The position numbers were made by a program, and so were the translations under genes. Shown here in pieces: positions 23,703 to 37,461 of a stretch of DNA of 64,000 nucleotides (position 1 is its first letter; each line of letters opens with the position of its first letter). The DNA comes from Octopus sinensis (taxonomy: Eukaryota), in contig NC_042998.1 in the NCBI RefSeq assembly GCF_006345805.1, forward strand, positions 60,760,001 to 60,824,000. Direction: 5' to 3'. A model generated the notes under the pieces. It did no database searches. It saw only the letters and a program-made list of their open reading frames with translations, and had not been told where the DNA came from.

Positions 23703-25651
23703 AACACACACACACACACACGCACACACACACACATTTGGTCTTTACTTCAGCTTTATTATTATTATTATTTTTGTTTCTATGTCAAAGCTCTTTTGTT
23801 ACACATTGTGTGAACTCTTCAATGATGTTTTATCCCATGTGTCTTCTTGTATGTTTAATTGACAAAATATGACCCTCTTCAACACTTGATTTCACATCAA
23901 GAATCTTGCGAAACACGTACATAAATGTAGCAAAGGCCTACAGTTATCTGTGAAACATGCGCATTATGTAGCACTCAGCATAATAATGTATCTAATTTTA
24001 CTATAGATTTGTATAGATTAGCTGCAGGCAGGGCACATGGTTTTGGGTTTAGTTCCACTGCAAGCATGGTACCTTGGGCAAGTGTCTTCTACTATAGACC
24101 AACCAATGCCATATAAATGAATGTTTCCATGAAAACTGGAAACCTATTGTGTGTGTGTGTCCTGTCCCTACCATCACTTGTCAACTGGTGTTGGTTTGTT
24201 TGCATCTGTAACTTGGTAGTTAGCTGAAAGAGGTTAATGAAATAAATGCCAGGCTCTTTTTTTTTTAAAAAGGGTTGGTTTGTTCAGTTAAACCATTCAA
24301 GGTCTGCTCCAGCATGGCTAAGGTCCAGTCACTGAAATGTATGTAAGGAAAGCTAAAAGATTGAAAAGCATCTTTTTCTTTCTTCATTTTGCTCTTTACT
24401 TCCTACATAAGTTTTCTCAGGCAGTTTTTAGGTGTGGCTCTAAAAAGAATTACTACCACAGATAACAGAATGCGTAAGATGTTTATCTCTACCATTTCTG
24501 TGCTTAAATCAGAGATTGTTTGTAGAGTTCCTGTTTTACTTCAGCCCAAAACATCTATTACGTAATTAATGATCCAGTTTGAAGTCACTGAGAAATTGTC
24601 ATTCATATTTATCTTGAATCTGAAAATGATCTTGTCTGAAAATTGAGCTCATCCCTACAAAAGGAGTACAAAATTCACTGCAAAACTGGAAGGTTTATTA
24701 TATAACATGAAGTAGGGTTTGATTGAGAAGGAACAGGAGAAGAGGAATCCCTTAAATGTAATTATTTAATGTTGTATTATAAATCATCTCAGTGAGTTAC
24801 ATCATGTTTTATAAAGAATGAGAATGTGATATGCTCATTCATATGATAGATGTAATATTCCAGAGATAAAGATAGATAATGTAAGATAAAAAAAAGAAAC
24901 ATTGAATGAAGACATTTCTGAGGCAGGCTTGAAGAAAACATTAAACTTGGTTGTATGTGGGCTGATATTGAAAGATGTTTGCTCCGTTCTAATAATAGCT
25001 TTCATACAACTTAGTTGTATGAAAGCTAGCTAAGTCGTCATTATGTATGTCATTTTTGTTTTCGACTTATTGAAGCTCAAATTTTCTGAGTCATGAACAT
25101 AACCCAGCACAGAAATAGGATCTTTTTACCTTGTTTCAGTCTTTGGACAATGACCCTGCAGGAGTACCGCTTTGATGAGTTTAGTAGGGCAAATTGACCC
25201 CAGTACTTATTTTTCAAAGTCTGTTACTTATTCTGTTGGTTTCTTTTGCCAAACTAAGTTATGGGGGTGTTAACAACACAACAAGACTTCTCAAATGGAG
25301 GTGAGGACAAACAGTCAATTTCTTTATTAATCATGAGGTTGAGAAAAAAAGGGGATGATATGAGGACAGACAAAACAATGAGACGAAACGTATGAATAAA
25401 CAAACTACAGAAATGTAACCACATGTGGACAGTCAGTGATTTTCCTTTTTCCTTCTTCTCTAGACTAGTCTCTTTCTCCTTTCCAACAAAGAAGCATGCT
25501 CAAAACGTTAAACTCTCTCCTTTCACCAAGCGTGAAACTAATATAATTCTTGTGCACATTCTCATGTTTATTTTTTTTCTTTTTGTTTTTTATTCAATTT
25601 TTTTTTATTGTTTGGTCGTTTAATTGATTATACACACACAGACACACACAC

Positions 25652-25874
25652 ACAAGGGGGTGGGGTGCTGAAAACGTCTTCACTTTAAGGGTATCATGAA
25701 AGGCCAGATTGGAGGCCCAACCTTCTGAATCCTTTTACAAGGCTTAGAAAAACTGAAGGACCACTGCAATGAGTGTGTGAATCTGAGAGGGGAATATGTT
25801 CAATAAAATCATAATTAACTGATCCTCCTGTATTTTCTTTTACCCAAAGCCAGAAACTTTTCAGCACCCCTTGT
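25652..25874 (+). mobile_element. mariner-derived MITE
   Basis: TIRs ACAAGGGG...GGTGCTGAAAA and TTTCAGCACCCCTTGT. Interior encodes GLEKLKDHCNECVNLRGEYVQ*, resembling the mariner transposase C-terminus. Confidence 0.75.
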
Positions 25875-26802
25875 GTGTGTGTGTGTGTGTGTGTATGATC
25901 ATCATCACTATATATACAGTCAACAGATGAGGTCCAGAGATTCTTAATATAGAAAACACTTCGTAGCACTTAAATGATTTGAACCTACACTCCTATATTT
26001 TTACCAGGGACCAAGTCCACAATTTTCTTTATTAATATATAAATATCTTTATTTTTATACTTGAATAATCATCTTCAGGAAATGTTCTCTTTGCTTTCCT
26101 TCTATTTACATGTGTACATGTATATGTATTTTATATATTAAAACCAAGCAGTTTTATTTATGCACATAATTCTCTCTCTTTCTCTGTCTGTCTCTCTCTC
26201 TGCATTCTCTCTCTGTCTCTCTATCCTAATGACTTCTATTCCACTGCACTAGCTTGTTACATATCAGCAAAACACTTCATTTCACATTACTCCAGTCCAC
26301 TCATCTGCAAATTAGTTAATCCTGCAATGGTGTCCTGTTCAAAGGAAATGTTAATGATGTTGGTCACTTATACACCATGGAAACTGAGTAACTGACCCCA
26401 TGAGTTCTAGGACTCAAGGCATTAATGTCTATGGGACTTACTTTGCTTTACTTCCCTTTATCTTAGCCATCTCTCTGGTATTCTCTCCCTACCCATGTTT
26501 TTCTTGCAGGTGTTGATTTACTGATGTTCAAGCTGAACATTTACTTTATTGATTTCACCAGCCTCAAACAGCCTGTGATAGTCACATGACACTATTTCCA
26601 CACTTTGCCAGTAACATACAATAAAACAATATGAACTAGAGGCTAGCTGTAATGAAGACCTATATCATCTTCTTGATAATAAAAGCAGATGTTGAGAAAA
26701 AAGACTATCGCTGTGTAAAAGAAGATCCTATTTAATGTTACTTCTCAGACATGGTTTTCAGTCCCGTGTCAGCTGTGATCCAATACAACTATAATCAAAG
26801 GC

Positions 26803-27180
26803 TCATTTTAGGTATTGCTGTGTGGTTAAGAGGCTCACTTTGCAACCGCATGGTTTCACATTGAACCCTAAATGCCCTACTGCACAGCACCTTAGGCAAA
26901 GGTCTTCTACTAATGCCTCAGGCCAACTAATGCCTTGTGACTAAATTTGATAGACAGAAACAGTGTTGAAGCCTATCCTGTGCATGTGCATCTTTGTGTT
27001 TGTCCACCATTCATTGCTTAACAACTGCTGTTGGTTTGTTTATGTCTCAGTGACTTAATAGTTTGGTCAATAGAATATGTACCAGACTTCAAAAGTAAGT
27101 GATGAAGTTGGCTTGTTCAACTAAACATTTCAAAGTAGTGCTCCAGTATGGCTGCAGTACAATACTGAATTAAATAAAAG
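26803..27180 (+). mobile_element. SINE family A, diverged
   Basis: Co-linear with other family A copies. Confidence 0.6.
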
Positions 27181-28652
27181 ATTAAAAAAAACCACTATAT
27201 CTAGTATTATAGTAGCCATAGTCCTTCCTTTTCCTATGATGGCTTTGTTTGGCCTAGGACTATAGTAAGACCCAAGGTGTTTAGAAAACAAGTTTAATAA
27301 TAATGGTTTCTGATATAGACTCAAGGCCAGCAATTTTGAGGGTAGAAGTTAGTCAGTACTCTTCATTCCACTACTTGACAGGAATGAAAGGCAAAGTTGA
27401 CCCTGGTAGGATTTGAACTCAGAACACAAAGAACTGGAAGAAATACTGCAAGGAAATAATTATATCAATACTTTTATGTTTTGTTTTTACTTTCTCTAAT
27501 TCAGCTTTCCTATAATTAATTTCTCATCAGCATTGATAAATTTCTCATTTTATTGTTTTGCCCTTTCTGTTTTTTTAACCCAAAAGAATAACAGCAATCT
27601 GTAGATGCTGGAGTGTAATATAGTAGAACGGACACATATCAACGATGGTGAGGTACTTTCCAGGTTATATACTTTATCTATTTACTCAGCTGTTGGGTTT
27701 AGTGTTTTATGGCCAATGTTAGCTTTAATATGGATTTCTGGCTTTTTTTGCACACAGGTAGCATAAACATACAAATTAGATACCTCACATCAAACACAAA
27801 CTGTAATGAAAATCTGGCCTCCTTCAGTCATTAGAATGCAGCAACTACACATGTGGAGAAAACCTATATCCTTTCTATGTTTGAACTGTAAGCAACTAAA
27901 GCCATCAAGAAGCTACATATTTAGATGTAACTATGAGGATTTCATGGCTTGTCAATGTGCTGTGTCCTATTTCTGATTTTGTTTCTGCTTTTCTGAATTA
28001 AACTTGCTCTCCCAGGAAACTCTGTAGTAAAATCTTTACTGAAACCATTCTCTTAAGAAGGCATCCCTCCGAGACTACTCTTATAGCATATATATATAAT
28101 GTGTGTGTGTGGTTAAGAAGCTTACTTTCCAACTATGTGAGTTCAGGTTCAGTCCCACTCTGTCGCATGGGAAAGTGTCTTCTATACTTCTGGGTAGACC
28201 AAAGCCTTGCGAATAAATTTGGTAGTCTGAAACTGAAAGAAACCCATATGTGTCTTACCATCACATGATGGTAGTAAACAAGTGTCATTGTCATGTGTTG
28301 TTTATTTCCAGTGTTCTATAGATAACATGTCTGGCCTTTGGAAAATATTACCTTGCTTGGTTATAGTTGGTGACAGGAAGGGCATCTGGCTATAAAAAAA
28401 TCTGGCTCACCAAATTCTGTCTGACCCATTCAAGTATGGAAAAGTGGATATTAAATTATGATAGTGCCCATGGGATGCCATGTAAAAGCACTCAACACAC
28501 TCCGTAAAGTGGTTGGTATTAGGAAGGGCATCCAGCCATAGAAACCATGCCAAAACAAACTGGAGCCTGGTGCAGCTCCCTAGCTTGCCAGCTCTGGTCA
28601 AACCATCCAACCCTTGCCAGCTTGGAAAATGGACATTAAATTATTATATATA

Positions 28653-28690
<38 letters not shown>

Positions 28691-29421
28691 ATCCAGTGTC
28701 TAGGCTTCTTCTTCAAAACTAGAAAATATTTCAGGTCTGGTTAATTGACAGTTCTCTGAAAAAAAAAAATCATTGAAATATTGACCACATCTGAAAGACG
28801 ACCATTTGAATGATAGAAAAAGAATCACTGCAACCACAAATCCACAAGCACTGTTTCATATATTGGTAGTCTTTGGTCTTCTGCATTTCTTTCTTTCTAA
28901 TAATCGTCATCGTCATTTAACATCCATTTTCCATGCTAGCATGGGTTTGTCAGTTTAACATGTTCGAGTAAGCAGCAGGGCTGTGCCAAGCTTCTGGGTC
29001 AGCTTTGGCACGGTTTCTACAGTTGGATGCCTTTCCTAATGCCAACTACTTCACAGTGTGTGCTGGGTGCCTTTTTCATGCCATTGGCACTTGTGAGATT
29101 GCCATGTAACTTGCAAGGTAAAAAAGAAGTGTTTGGGGTGGTAGTTTGAACATTACTGGGTGGGAGGAATATTTATACCAGCTTTTGCAAGTTTAAAGTG
29201 TGATTGAGGGACAAGCACAGGTGTCTTGCTATAGAGGAAGACCACATGGCTACTCCACATTATAAAAGGTGGGTGAGCAACTGAGAAAATGGTAGTGATG
29301 GGGGGGGGGGGGGCGACAGAGCGAACTCTCAAGGTATGAGAGGGTGAGCTTAAGAGATGATGTGGACCATATATAACTAACTGCATTTTAAAGAATATCT
29401 TCTCAAACCTGAAACTGCTTT

Positions 29422-29533
29422 ATATCTGATTAACGGCTGATCCTACACTAAAAAGGCACAAGTGTAAGCACTAACCTTCATGTCTGATTATCTGCTGATC
29501 CTATACTAAGAAGGCACAAGTGCAAGCTCTAAC
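29422..29533. repeat. Tandem duplication, 2 x 58 bp
   Basis: ATATCTGATTAACGGCTGATCCTACACTAAAAAGGCACAAGTGTAAGCACTAAC (29422) versus ATGTCTGATTATCTGCTGATCCTATACTAAGAAGGCACAAGTGCAAGCTCTAAC (29480). Confidence 0.8.
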
Positions 29534-32532
29534 AGATGTATTCTTCACATATGTTACAGAGCAGCTGTTACTTATTAATACTAAGTTAAACGACCACCCC
29601 CTCCTCCAAGCTGTTCATCTGATTGATAAACTTTTGCTCACCAACACATTATACCCACTAGCATATTGACTTGCTTGATTCTTTTTCTGTTTTCGCTTCT
29701 GCTTTTATAATGGTTTCTGCTTTTTCTGAACTAGTAAATTGTGTGCTACCTAATGCACTGCCTCTTCCTCTCTCTCTCTCTCTCTCTCTCTCAAAAAAAT
29801 CTGCACTAAATGCTTTACCAAAACTTTTCTCCATGGAATGCATCACTCTCCACAATTATGCATGATGATGATGGTGATATCAATTTTCAGAAATTTCAAT
29901 CTAAACAACAATCACATTGATCTTGACAGTATGTGTACATCTGTAAGAGCTTTGAGTACTGGCTTTCTCCAGTTTTTAATGTAAAATAATTCTAATATTG
30001 GCACCAGACCAGCAAGAGTCAATTACATCAACCTCAGTGTTCAAGTGACATTCATTTTATCAACCCCAAAAGGATGAATGGCAAAGTTGAACTCAGAACA
30101 TAAATAACTAGAAGAAATGTCACTAAGCACTTTGCCCGACATAGTAATAACTCTGCCAGCTTGCTGCCTTAATAACAATGGCAATAATAATAATAATGAT
30201 TTTCTTTCATATATTTTTCAAAATGGACAATATTTGTTAAACCAACATTTCAATTAAGAATATCTCATTAAAAGAGCAAGTTGTTCAATTCTCCAACAGG
30301 AAATTTATCAAGTTTGTAGTGTAGTATCTTCTGGGTGGGTGGGGCATCACTCCACTGGCTCTAATTGCAAATTCTTTGATTCAAATAATATTGCTCAGTC
30401 TGTGTATAGTAGCTATTATAAGATCTGGTTGGACAAAGATAGTAAAAATGCATTAATTAAAAGCTATTAAATGACTGCTTTATTAGCATTTGATGTGTAT
30501 TGCCATTTCTTTTCTTTAGAAAGTTCCTTCAAATATTAATATCTTTTACATTATTAATGATATTTAAGGAACTGAAGTGGTAAAAGATTTTATTTCAATA
30601 TTCTGTTTGATAAGTTGAGAGAAAGAAGGTGCCTTTAGTCTCTCTCAGACTAGTGAAACTAATGTAGTTAATATTCAGTTGTATGTTTGTAGGAAAAGTG
30701 TTGGAGAGGTTGGGGTTGGGTGAATTTCCAAGGAATTCTAGGGGAGAAGGATTGGGTAAAATATTTTATACAGCATCTCAGTTAAAATACAGTAAGAGTA
30801 GTAAAAGAGATGGATTGGGCTTGTATGGAGAAGTTGTTCAATTAACTAGTTGAAAGGAATCTGAGACTGTTGTATTAGCAGTAGACGAGGCAAAAGCGAA
30901 GTCCACACAGTTGTGATCTAGACTGTATTGTTTTGGTAATTGAATTACTACAAGATAGTGAAAGGAGTTTCTTTTTCTTGTAGCCTAAGGTACATGGGTG
31001 TATAAGCAGTTGCCACACTATCTCATGCATACAAACACTTCTCTGATGTAGGTCTTCTTTTTTTTATTGGATTAGTCACAGGAGGCTGAACAATGCATAG
31101 TTGTTTCCCAACCCTTTGTAATTGGGGGTGAAAGGGAACAAGTCATCTTTAGACCAGAGTCGTGGCAACAAAGTGGATTTTGATAATGGTGCTAAACTAG
31201 ATCAGATGAGTCTACTACAAAAAAAAAAAACAGTAATGGTCCTTCCTATAGGATCTTGAACAATTTTTGTCAATCAAATTTGCTTTAGGAAGCTTTGGTT
31301 GATCTGAGTTGGATCACACACTAATGTACCATATAGTCGCAAAGTGAGCTTCTTAACCACTTAACTACACTTGTGCCCATTACTTGAAGAGTACATGTTA
31401 GTTTTTTAGTTAACATGTTTTCATTTAGTATTATTATTTTAGTAATGTCACTGTTTAGATCCTGGGTAAGGAAGCACACATTTCTTATTGCAACAACTTG
31501 CTAAGAATGGAGAAGAACTGCATTTGGACCACTAAATCATACAACTAGGTACTTAATTTTTGTAAGGTAATCCCAGTTAGCTCTGCCATCATACTCTTGA
31601 TGAAACCTACAACTGACTATGTTACATGTAAACCTTCCTCCAACTTTAGTATGAGCAGTGTCCAGATTTCGGATTGGACACAAAGGGTTCCCATTCTAAA
31701 GATTATGACTATCAGGATCCATTAAAGGAGATTTGGTTCCTCAGTGACTCAAGTAATTCTGTGCTTTATGTGGCTAAATCAAATTTTCTCATGTGACAAT
31801 AATATATCATTGTGATCTCCGTGACTGTTCTGAATATATGCAACATGAGGCTATTTATTACCAACACAGTGAGACAAGCATAAAGACCACTTTTTGTTAC
31901 AAGTTTGTACAAGTTTATACTTTGGTAGCCTAATATATACCAAATTCCATAATTCAAGTCCTTAATCATTCAGTCAACAAAACTGTATAAAAGAAAAAAA
32001 TGTTTTGAATTGCTAATCATAATTTATAATATATATCACAGTATTTGTTTTGTTGTTTGACATACACTACCATAAAGGATAGGCTAAGCAAACTGCAATT
32101 ACCTCTAGGATAATAAGGCAATAGTGAGAATAAGTATGTTGATTTCTGCCACTTAATTGGCCCTCTGTTACTTTATAGCAGGACCCCCCCCCCCCCCAAA
32201 AAAAAAAAACAACAAAAAACATTACAGTTGATTGTTTTAATTATCAAGAGTGGCGGCAAAGAATAAATGAAGAATGTAATTCTATGTTTTATCAGCATTT
32301 CAGTCCATGACTGCTAGATTGTTGAGTTGTATTAATATTATGAAATAACCATTCGGCCAAGGAAGCATACAAACAAAATGACCATGATAGTTATAGCTGG
32401 ACTAGTATAATATGGTTAATATTTACAACTAGTTGACCAAATGTCTAGGCTCCCTTTCCTGAGAGAAGTAATTACACCTTTTTTCTTTTTTTTTTTTTTT
32501 GCATGGCTGCATGTTTTTACTCAATGATCTTA

Positions 32533-32568
<36 letters not shown>

Positions 32569-32868
32569 ATTCTTTTCAAATATATCTACAAAGGAAGAGC
32601 TGACCACAATGACACAAATTCTAAAGAAAAATTGATGATAGTAGTAGTAATAATAATCCCTTCTCCTGAAGGCACAAGGTCTGGAATTTGTGGGGAGGGG
32701 GAGAGTCGATTATATCAACCCCAGAACTTGACTGGTACTTAATTTATTCATCCCGAAAGGATGAAAGGCAAAGTTGACCTTGGCCATCATCGAGATAATA
32801 ATAATAATAATAATGATAATTTTAGTAATAGTAGTAGGATTATTAATTGTGAAGTATTACCAAATCTG

Positions 32869-33689
32869 GGTTGGGAAATTTTCTTATGCAATATTTCTTT
32901 GCAATAATGGCTGCTAATTCAACCTAGGTCTGGTCTTTGATTTATTAAAGTTTCCTTCTAAAATTAGGAAGAAAATATTAAGTTACGACAGTTACCTTAT
33001 GCTACATTATATTTATGTATAACATTGCGTCTTACAACATAAAATGTTAAAATGAATTGCTTTTTCCTCTGTGTGTGTGTGTAAATTTTTATTCCTGTTA
33101 AAAGATATATTTTATCTTTTTTAATTATATTTTCTATGTAAATTACTATTATATTTGTGCTTGTAAATGTAGATCAGCTCATTGAAGGCACAGGGTAATT
33201 AGGTATTGAAAACTTAATTCAAATCTAATTATGTTTTCTATCGTGCTTTTTTACTGATCAGATTTCTTCTTTTTATTCAATATAAACTGATAGTCTCTCT
33301 CTCTCTCTCTTTCTCTCTCTCGCATATATATTTTTGTTTCAGTCATTTGACTGGGGCCATGCTGGAGCAGCACCTTTTAGTCGAAGGATCGACCTTAGGA
33401 TTATTCTTTGTAAGCCAAGTACTTATTCTGTCAGTCTCTTTTTCTGAACCACTAAGTTATGGGGACATAAACACACCAACATCAGTTGTCAAGCAATGGT
33501 GGTGGGGACAAACACAGATACAAAGGTACACGCATAAATACACACACACACACACAAAGTAACAAACTGAGGAAAAGAAATCCTTCAAAGGGGTCTTAAA
33601 CATCCAATTCACTGGTATGTCAGTTGGATACCTCTTTGAATTAGCTGCCATTATTGCAAAGAAACATTGCATAAGAAAATTTTCCAACC
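32869..33689. mobile_element. Putative MITE with ~54-bp TIRs, containing a later SINE fragment (about 33330-33560, minus)
   Basis: 32869-32922 and 33636-33689 are inverted with 4 differences. GGTTGG(G/A)AAA terminus resembles Tc1/mariner; TSD not clean. Confidence 0.6.
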
Positions 33690-36308
33690 ATATAATGGAG
33701 ATATAGCATTAATATAATTTATTATCTGCAAAAAACTAACCTATTCTCTTACAGCAGTTTCAGTTTAGCCTAAAAGATTAAATTACAATAATTAAATCAT
33801 TGTATTATGCAAAATCCCATCAGAGGGGTAGAAAAGATATACTGTTAGGTTATTAGGCGTTGTGTTTTCAAATCTCATATGATGAGCTTCTTTCCATTTC
33901 TGTCTACCAGATCTGCTCACAAGGCTTTGGTTGGCTGAGGATGTAGTGGAAGACACTTGCTCAAGGTGCTATGCAGTGGGACTAAACTTGGAACACGTGG
34001 TTGGGGGGCAAGCTTTTTACCACACAGCCATGCCTCTGTGTGTGTGTGTATATATATATATATACATATACATATATAGGGTTATCAGATTAGTTTATTA
34101 TTTGTTGTACTCAGCACTCCATGATATGTATGGAAAGAGGTAAAATCTTTTCAAATTTTAAAAACAAACAAAAGTTGCACAGGAAGAATATAGCTACAAA
34201 AACGAACATAAAGCACTTTAATAAAAATGTTTATGTTAATTCAAATGTTGTTCAAATAGATTAAAATAAACAGGAAATGGAACAAACTTATCTGTTTAAC
34301 CTGATACACACACACTTTTAAAGGCTTCAGCTTTCTTTACTAAAACGCCTAAAATAAAACAATTGTAAAACCATTCCTAAAATCTCAAATATATCTGGAA
34401 GTACATGACAACATCAATTCTGATCGAAATAAAACTAGTACATGAACAAGTCAAGATTTGGCAGTTGAAGTTTCACAGTAAGCCTTTCCTAAGGCAAGTG
34501 ACCGAGCCTCATTGGACAGTTAAACTGAGATGCCATACATAACCAAAGCTACAACCCATCAGCTTGATGGACCAACCTCTCTCATTGCTTGACCTACTAG
34601 AATAGCAGCCAAATCTCTTTCAAATCTAAGCCTACCATTAAAAGAAAAAAATGTTTCTATGTACACTGTCTCTGGAAATACGATGGAGGGGGTTACAGCT
34701 GGAATAGCTTTAATCGTTAGTGTCAACATGGGCTAAACAACAAACATACTGAGGTAATATGATGAAAACTCAACAGCACTGCCACTCTGGGTCTGAAACC
34801 ATGCATGCAGAGAATGTGTGTGAAGCATACTGGAAGTACGACCGTCAAACTGTGTTACTGATTAATATTTGTATAGTAACAGAAACTAAAATCCACTTGT
34901 TCAATAATTAAAAAAAATGAAAATTAAAAGCTGCTAAAATTATAGTCAGTATCAAATACACACACACACGCACACAAACTCTAGTACCCACTCATTCATT
35001 CATGCACTTGAGCTCTCTCATCTACCTCTCTCCCTCTCTTGCTTTTCCCTTGCCTTCTCTTTCTCTCACACCTATCCACTTGTTCACTCCCACTCACATA
35101 TGACATTTGAGCACTCACCCTACTACTCATCCACCTTCTCCATTCACTCCTTCATTCTTCCTTTTTTTCGTTTCAATTTTATAGTTCTATAATTAAACTA
35201 AAATAGAAGAAGCAATAGCATTGAGTTTCTTAATATAACCAACAAGGCAATGAAGAAGCAGCTGAATCTCCTTCTAAATCACATCCTATCATGTTAAAAA
35301 TTGGAAGGGCTTATTGAATAAGGTCTCAGAGGTCCCTAGAAAGACAGGATGTTTCTAGCTAGAATGCTTTTGATGATAGGCCTATTTAGTTAGGGTTGAG
35401 CTAAGGTTAAACAAGACATACTATCTAAAAACTCCAATTTCCAACTCAGTCATTGTTGCCTGACAATTGACATAAATTGTTTTCCGCCAAAATATAATTA
35501 TGGTCCAGTAATTATATATTACATACTAATTTTAGCCTTTGCATTTAAGCATAAAGAATGCTAGCAATTTTCTCATTCAGCTGGATTTTTTTGGTGTTTT
35601 TTATTTTTGATTAAAAAAAGTCTTTCCTTTTTTTTTTTTTTTTTTTTTCAAGACAATTAAGAAATTACAACCAAATTACTTTTATAAAGAAAACAAAAGT
35701 ATATAGTTAGTTAAGTGATGGAGAAGAAAATAGAAAGAGTCTGATATTTCGTTAGTATAATGAACATCATTACCATTTTAATGTCCATTTTTCCATGCTT
35801 GCATGGGTTGGACAGAGCTTGTTGAGGCAGAATTTTTACAGCCAGATGCTCACATCTGTTTTTAAGCAAGATGGTATTCCCCATGACTGAACATGTTTTC
35901 ATGAAATATTAGAGGCAGATGACGCTGCTTGTGTGACATTGGTGCTTGTTTGTAGCTGTCTGACACTGTCAGGACAGGAAGACACAAACCTATTTACACA
36001 CACACACTTCAGTTTCTGTGTACCAAATCTATTCACAAGGCTCTTTAGTGGTGGCCCAGGGTGCCATGTGGTGGGGGTGGGCCTGAAACCATGTGGTTGG
36101 GCAGTGGGCTTCTTACCCACATAGCCATGCCTATGAATATATTATTTTTTTATTTATAATTGTAAGATTTCTTATAAAGGTTTCTTTTGACATGGCTAGT
36201 TTTCTTTTCTTTTTTTTTGGTATTTTTGTGGATAATAAGCAAAATTAGTTTTACATATTAAAACTAATGATCTCTCTTTTAGAAAAAACTTAACTTGAAA
36301 TGTCAGGC

Positions 36309-36623
36309 ATAGGTGCAAGAGTGGATGCGTGGTAAGGAGCTTGCTTCCCAACCACATGGTTCCGAGTTCAGTTCCACAGCATGGCACTTTGGGTAAGTGT
36401 TTTTTGCTATAGCCTTGGGCAGACCAAAGCCTTGTGAGTGGATTTGGTATGTGGAACTGAAAGAAGTTCATTGTGTATATACATATATGTGTGTGTGTAT
36501 GTATTCGTGTCTGTGTCCCCTACCATCACTTGACTACCAATGTTGGTATGTTTACATCCCTGTAACCTAGCAGTTTGGCAAAAGAGACTGATAGAATAAG
36601 TACTAGGCTTACAAAGAATAAGT
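36309..36623 (+). mobile_element. SINE family A, 5' part (split by the PLE)
   Basis: Stops at AAAGAATAAGT and resumes at 39481. Confidence 0.85.
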
Positions 36624-36695
36624 TCTACATTTAAGAGATGAGGAATTATGTACATTATTTACATTTGACGGATATTTGTCCTTATCTTGTTTGTT

Positions 36696-36738
36696 AACAC
36701 ATTTCGGCTGATATACCCTCCAGCCTTCATAAAGTGTC
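36696..36738 (-). ncRNA. Mutated hammerhead ribozyme (same family as 21184-21230)
   Basis: GACAC-UUUAUGA-A-GGCUG-GAGGGUAUAU-CAGCC-GAAA-U-GUGUU. Core and cleavage triplet damaged; stem II perfect. Confidence 0.6.
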
Positions 36739-36802
36739 TTGGTGAAAATTTTGAACCTGGGTTCTCATTCCTAAGGTATTTTTCGATATTATTATTATTA
36801 TT

Positions 36803-36878
36803 CAGGTCACTGCCTGGCATCGAACTCAGAATCTTGGGGTTAGTAGCCCACACCCTTAACCACTACACTATATGCCCG
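36803..36878 (-). promoter_or_regulatory. tRNA-like Pol III internal promoter within the PLE 3' region
   Basis: GGGCATATAGTGTAGTGGTTAAGGGTGTGGGCTACTAACCCCAAGATTCTGAGTTCGATGCCAGGCAGTGACC: A box TAGTGTAGTGG, 7-nt anticodon-like loop CTACTAA, B box GAGTTCGATGCC. Confidence 0.6.
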
Positions 36879-37461
36879 TAGGTAACTATGGAGTGAATTT
36901 TAGGGCTTATAAATCTAATATTTTCCTATCCTTCCTTAATACTGGTTCCCATATGTTACTCATATCTGCACTCGGTCTGCTTAGGAGGTTGTTGTGTCCT
37001 AGCATATGTGTTGCTTCTTTTAGTTTTCGTATTTTCCACTGGTCTATTATTTTAACTTCATCTCACAGGGGGAGGTGGTCTCCATTTTCCCATACATGAT
37101 CAGTTATACCCAATTTATCAATATCTCCTCATTTCACAGCTTTGCGATGTTCGTCTACCTTTATTTTGAGGGTGTGGAATGTTTCGCCTTTGTATAACCT
37201 ACCACAGCTGCATGGGGATGGAGTACATGCAGTCTTTGGTCATATTCTCTTCTATTGGTGGTTTTACTCGAAGGAGATATTTGCAAAGTGTTGTGTTACT
37301 CTTGAATACTGTCCTGATGTCTTATGAGCCTCATATCTTTTGTATCTTTTCTGAGAGGCCTTTCACATAGGGTAGACAGACAGTGGACAGTTTATTGGTT
37401 TCACCCTCTCTTTTCTTCATAATTAGAGTGGAGAGTATGCTTTTGGGGTAGTTGCTAATAG

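Noticed and set aside
27605-27647. Possible first coding exon MLECNIVERTHIND
   Set aside because: Short, with no phase-compatible path to the downstream exons.
29891-29928. Possible exon NFNLNNNHIDLD (LRR-like)
   Set aside because: Splice sites are plausible but there is no linking exon; 12 codons is within chance.
30200-31260. Possible very old PLE/LINE remnant on the minus strand
   Set aside because: Only faint peptide resemblance; no diagnostic motif recovered.
31650-31752. Possible exon YEQCPDFGLDTKGSHSKDYDYQDPLKEIWFLSDS
   Set aside because: Ends in phase 1 whereas the next confident exon needs phase 0; it sits among decayed retroelement-like sequence.
36803-36878. Functional tRNA gene
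   Set aside because: Acceptor and D stems do not pair properly; this and all other tRNA-like segments are SINE- or PLE-associated heads.
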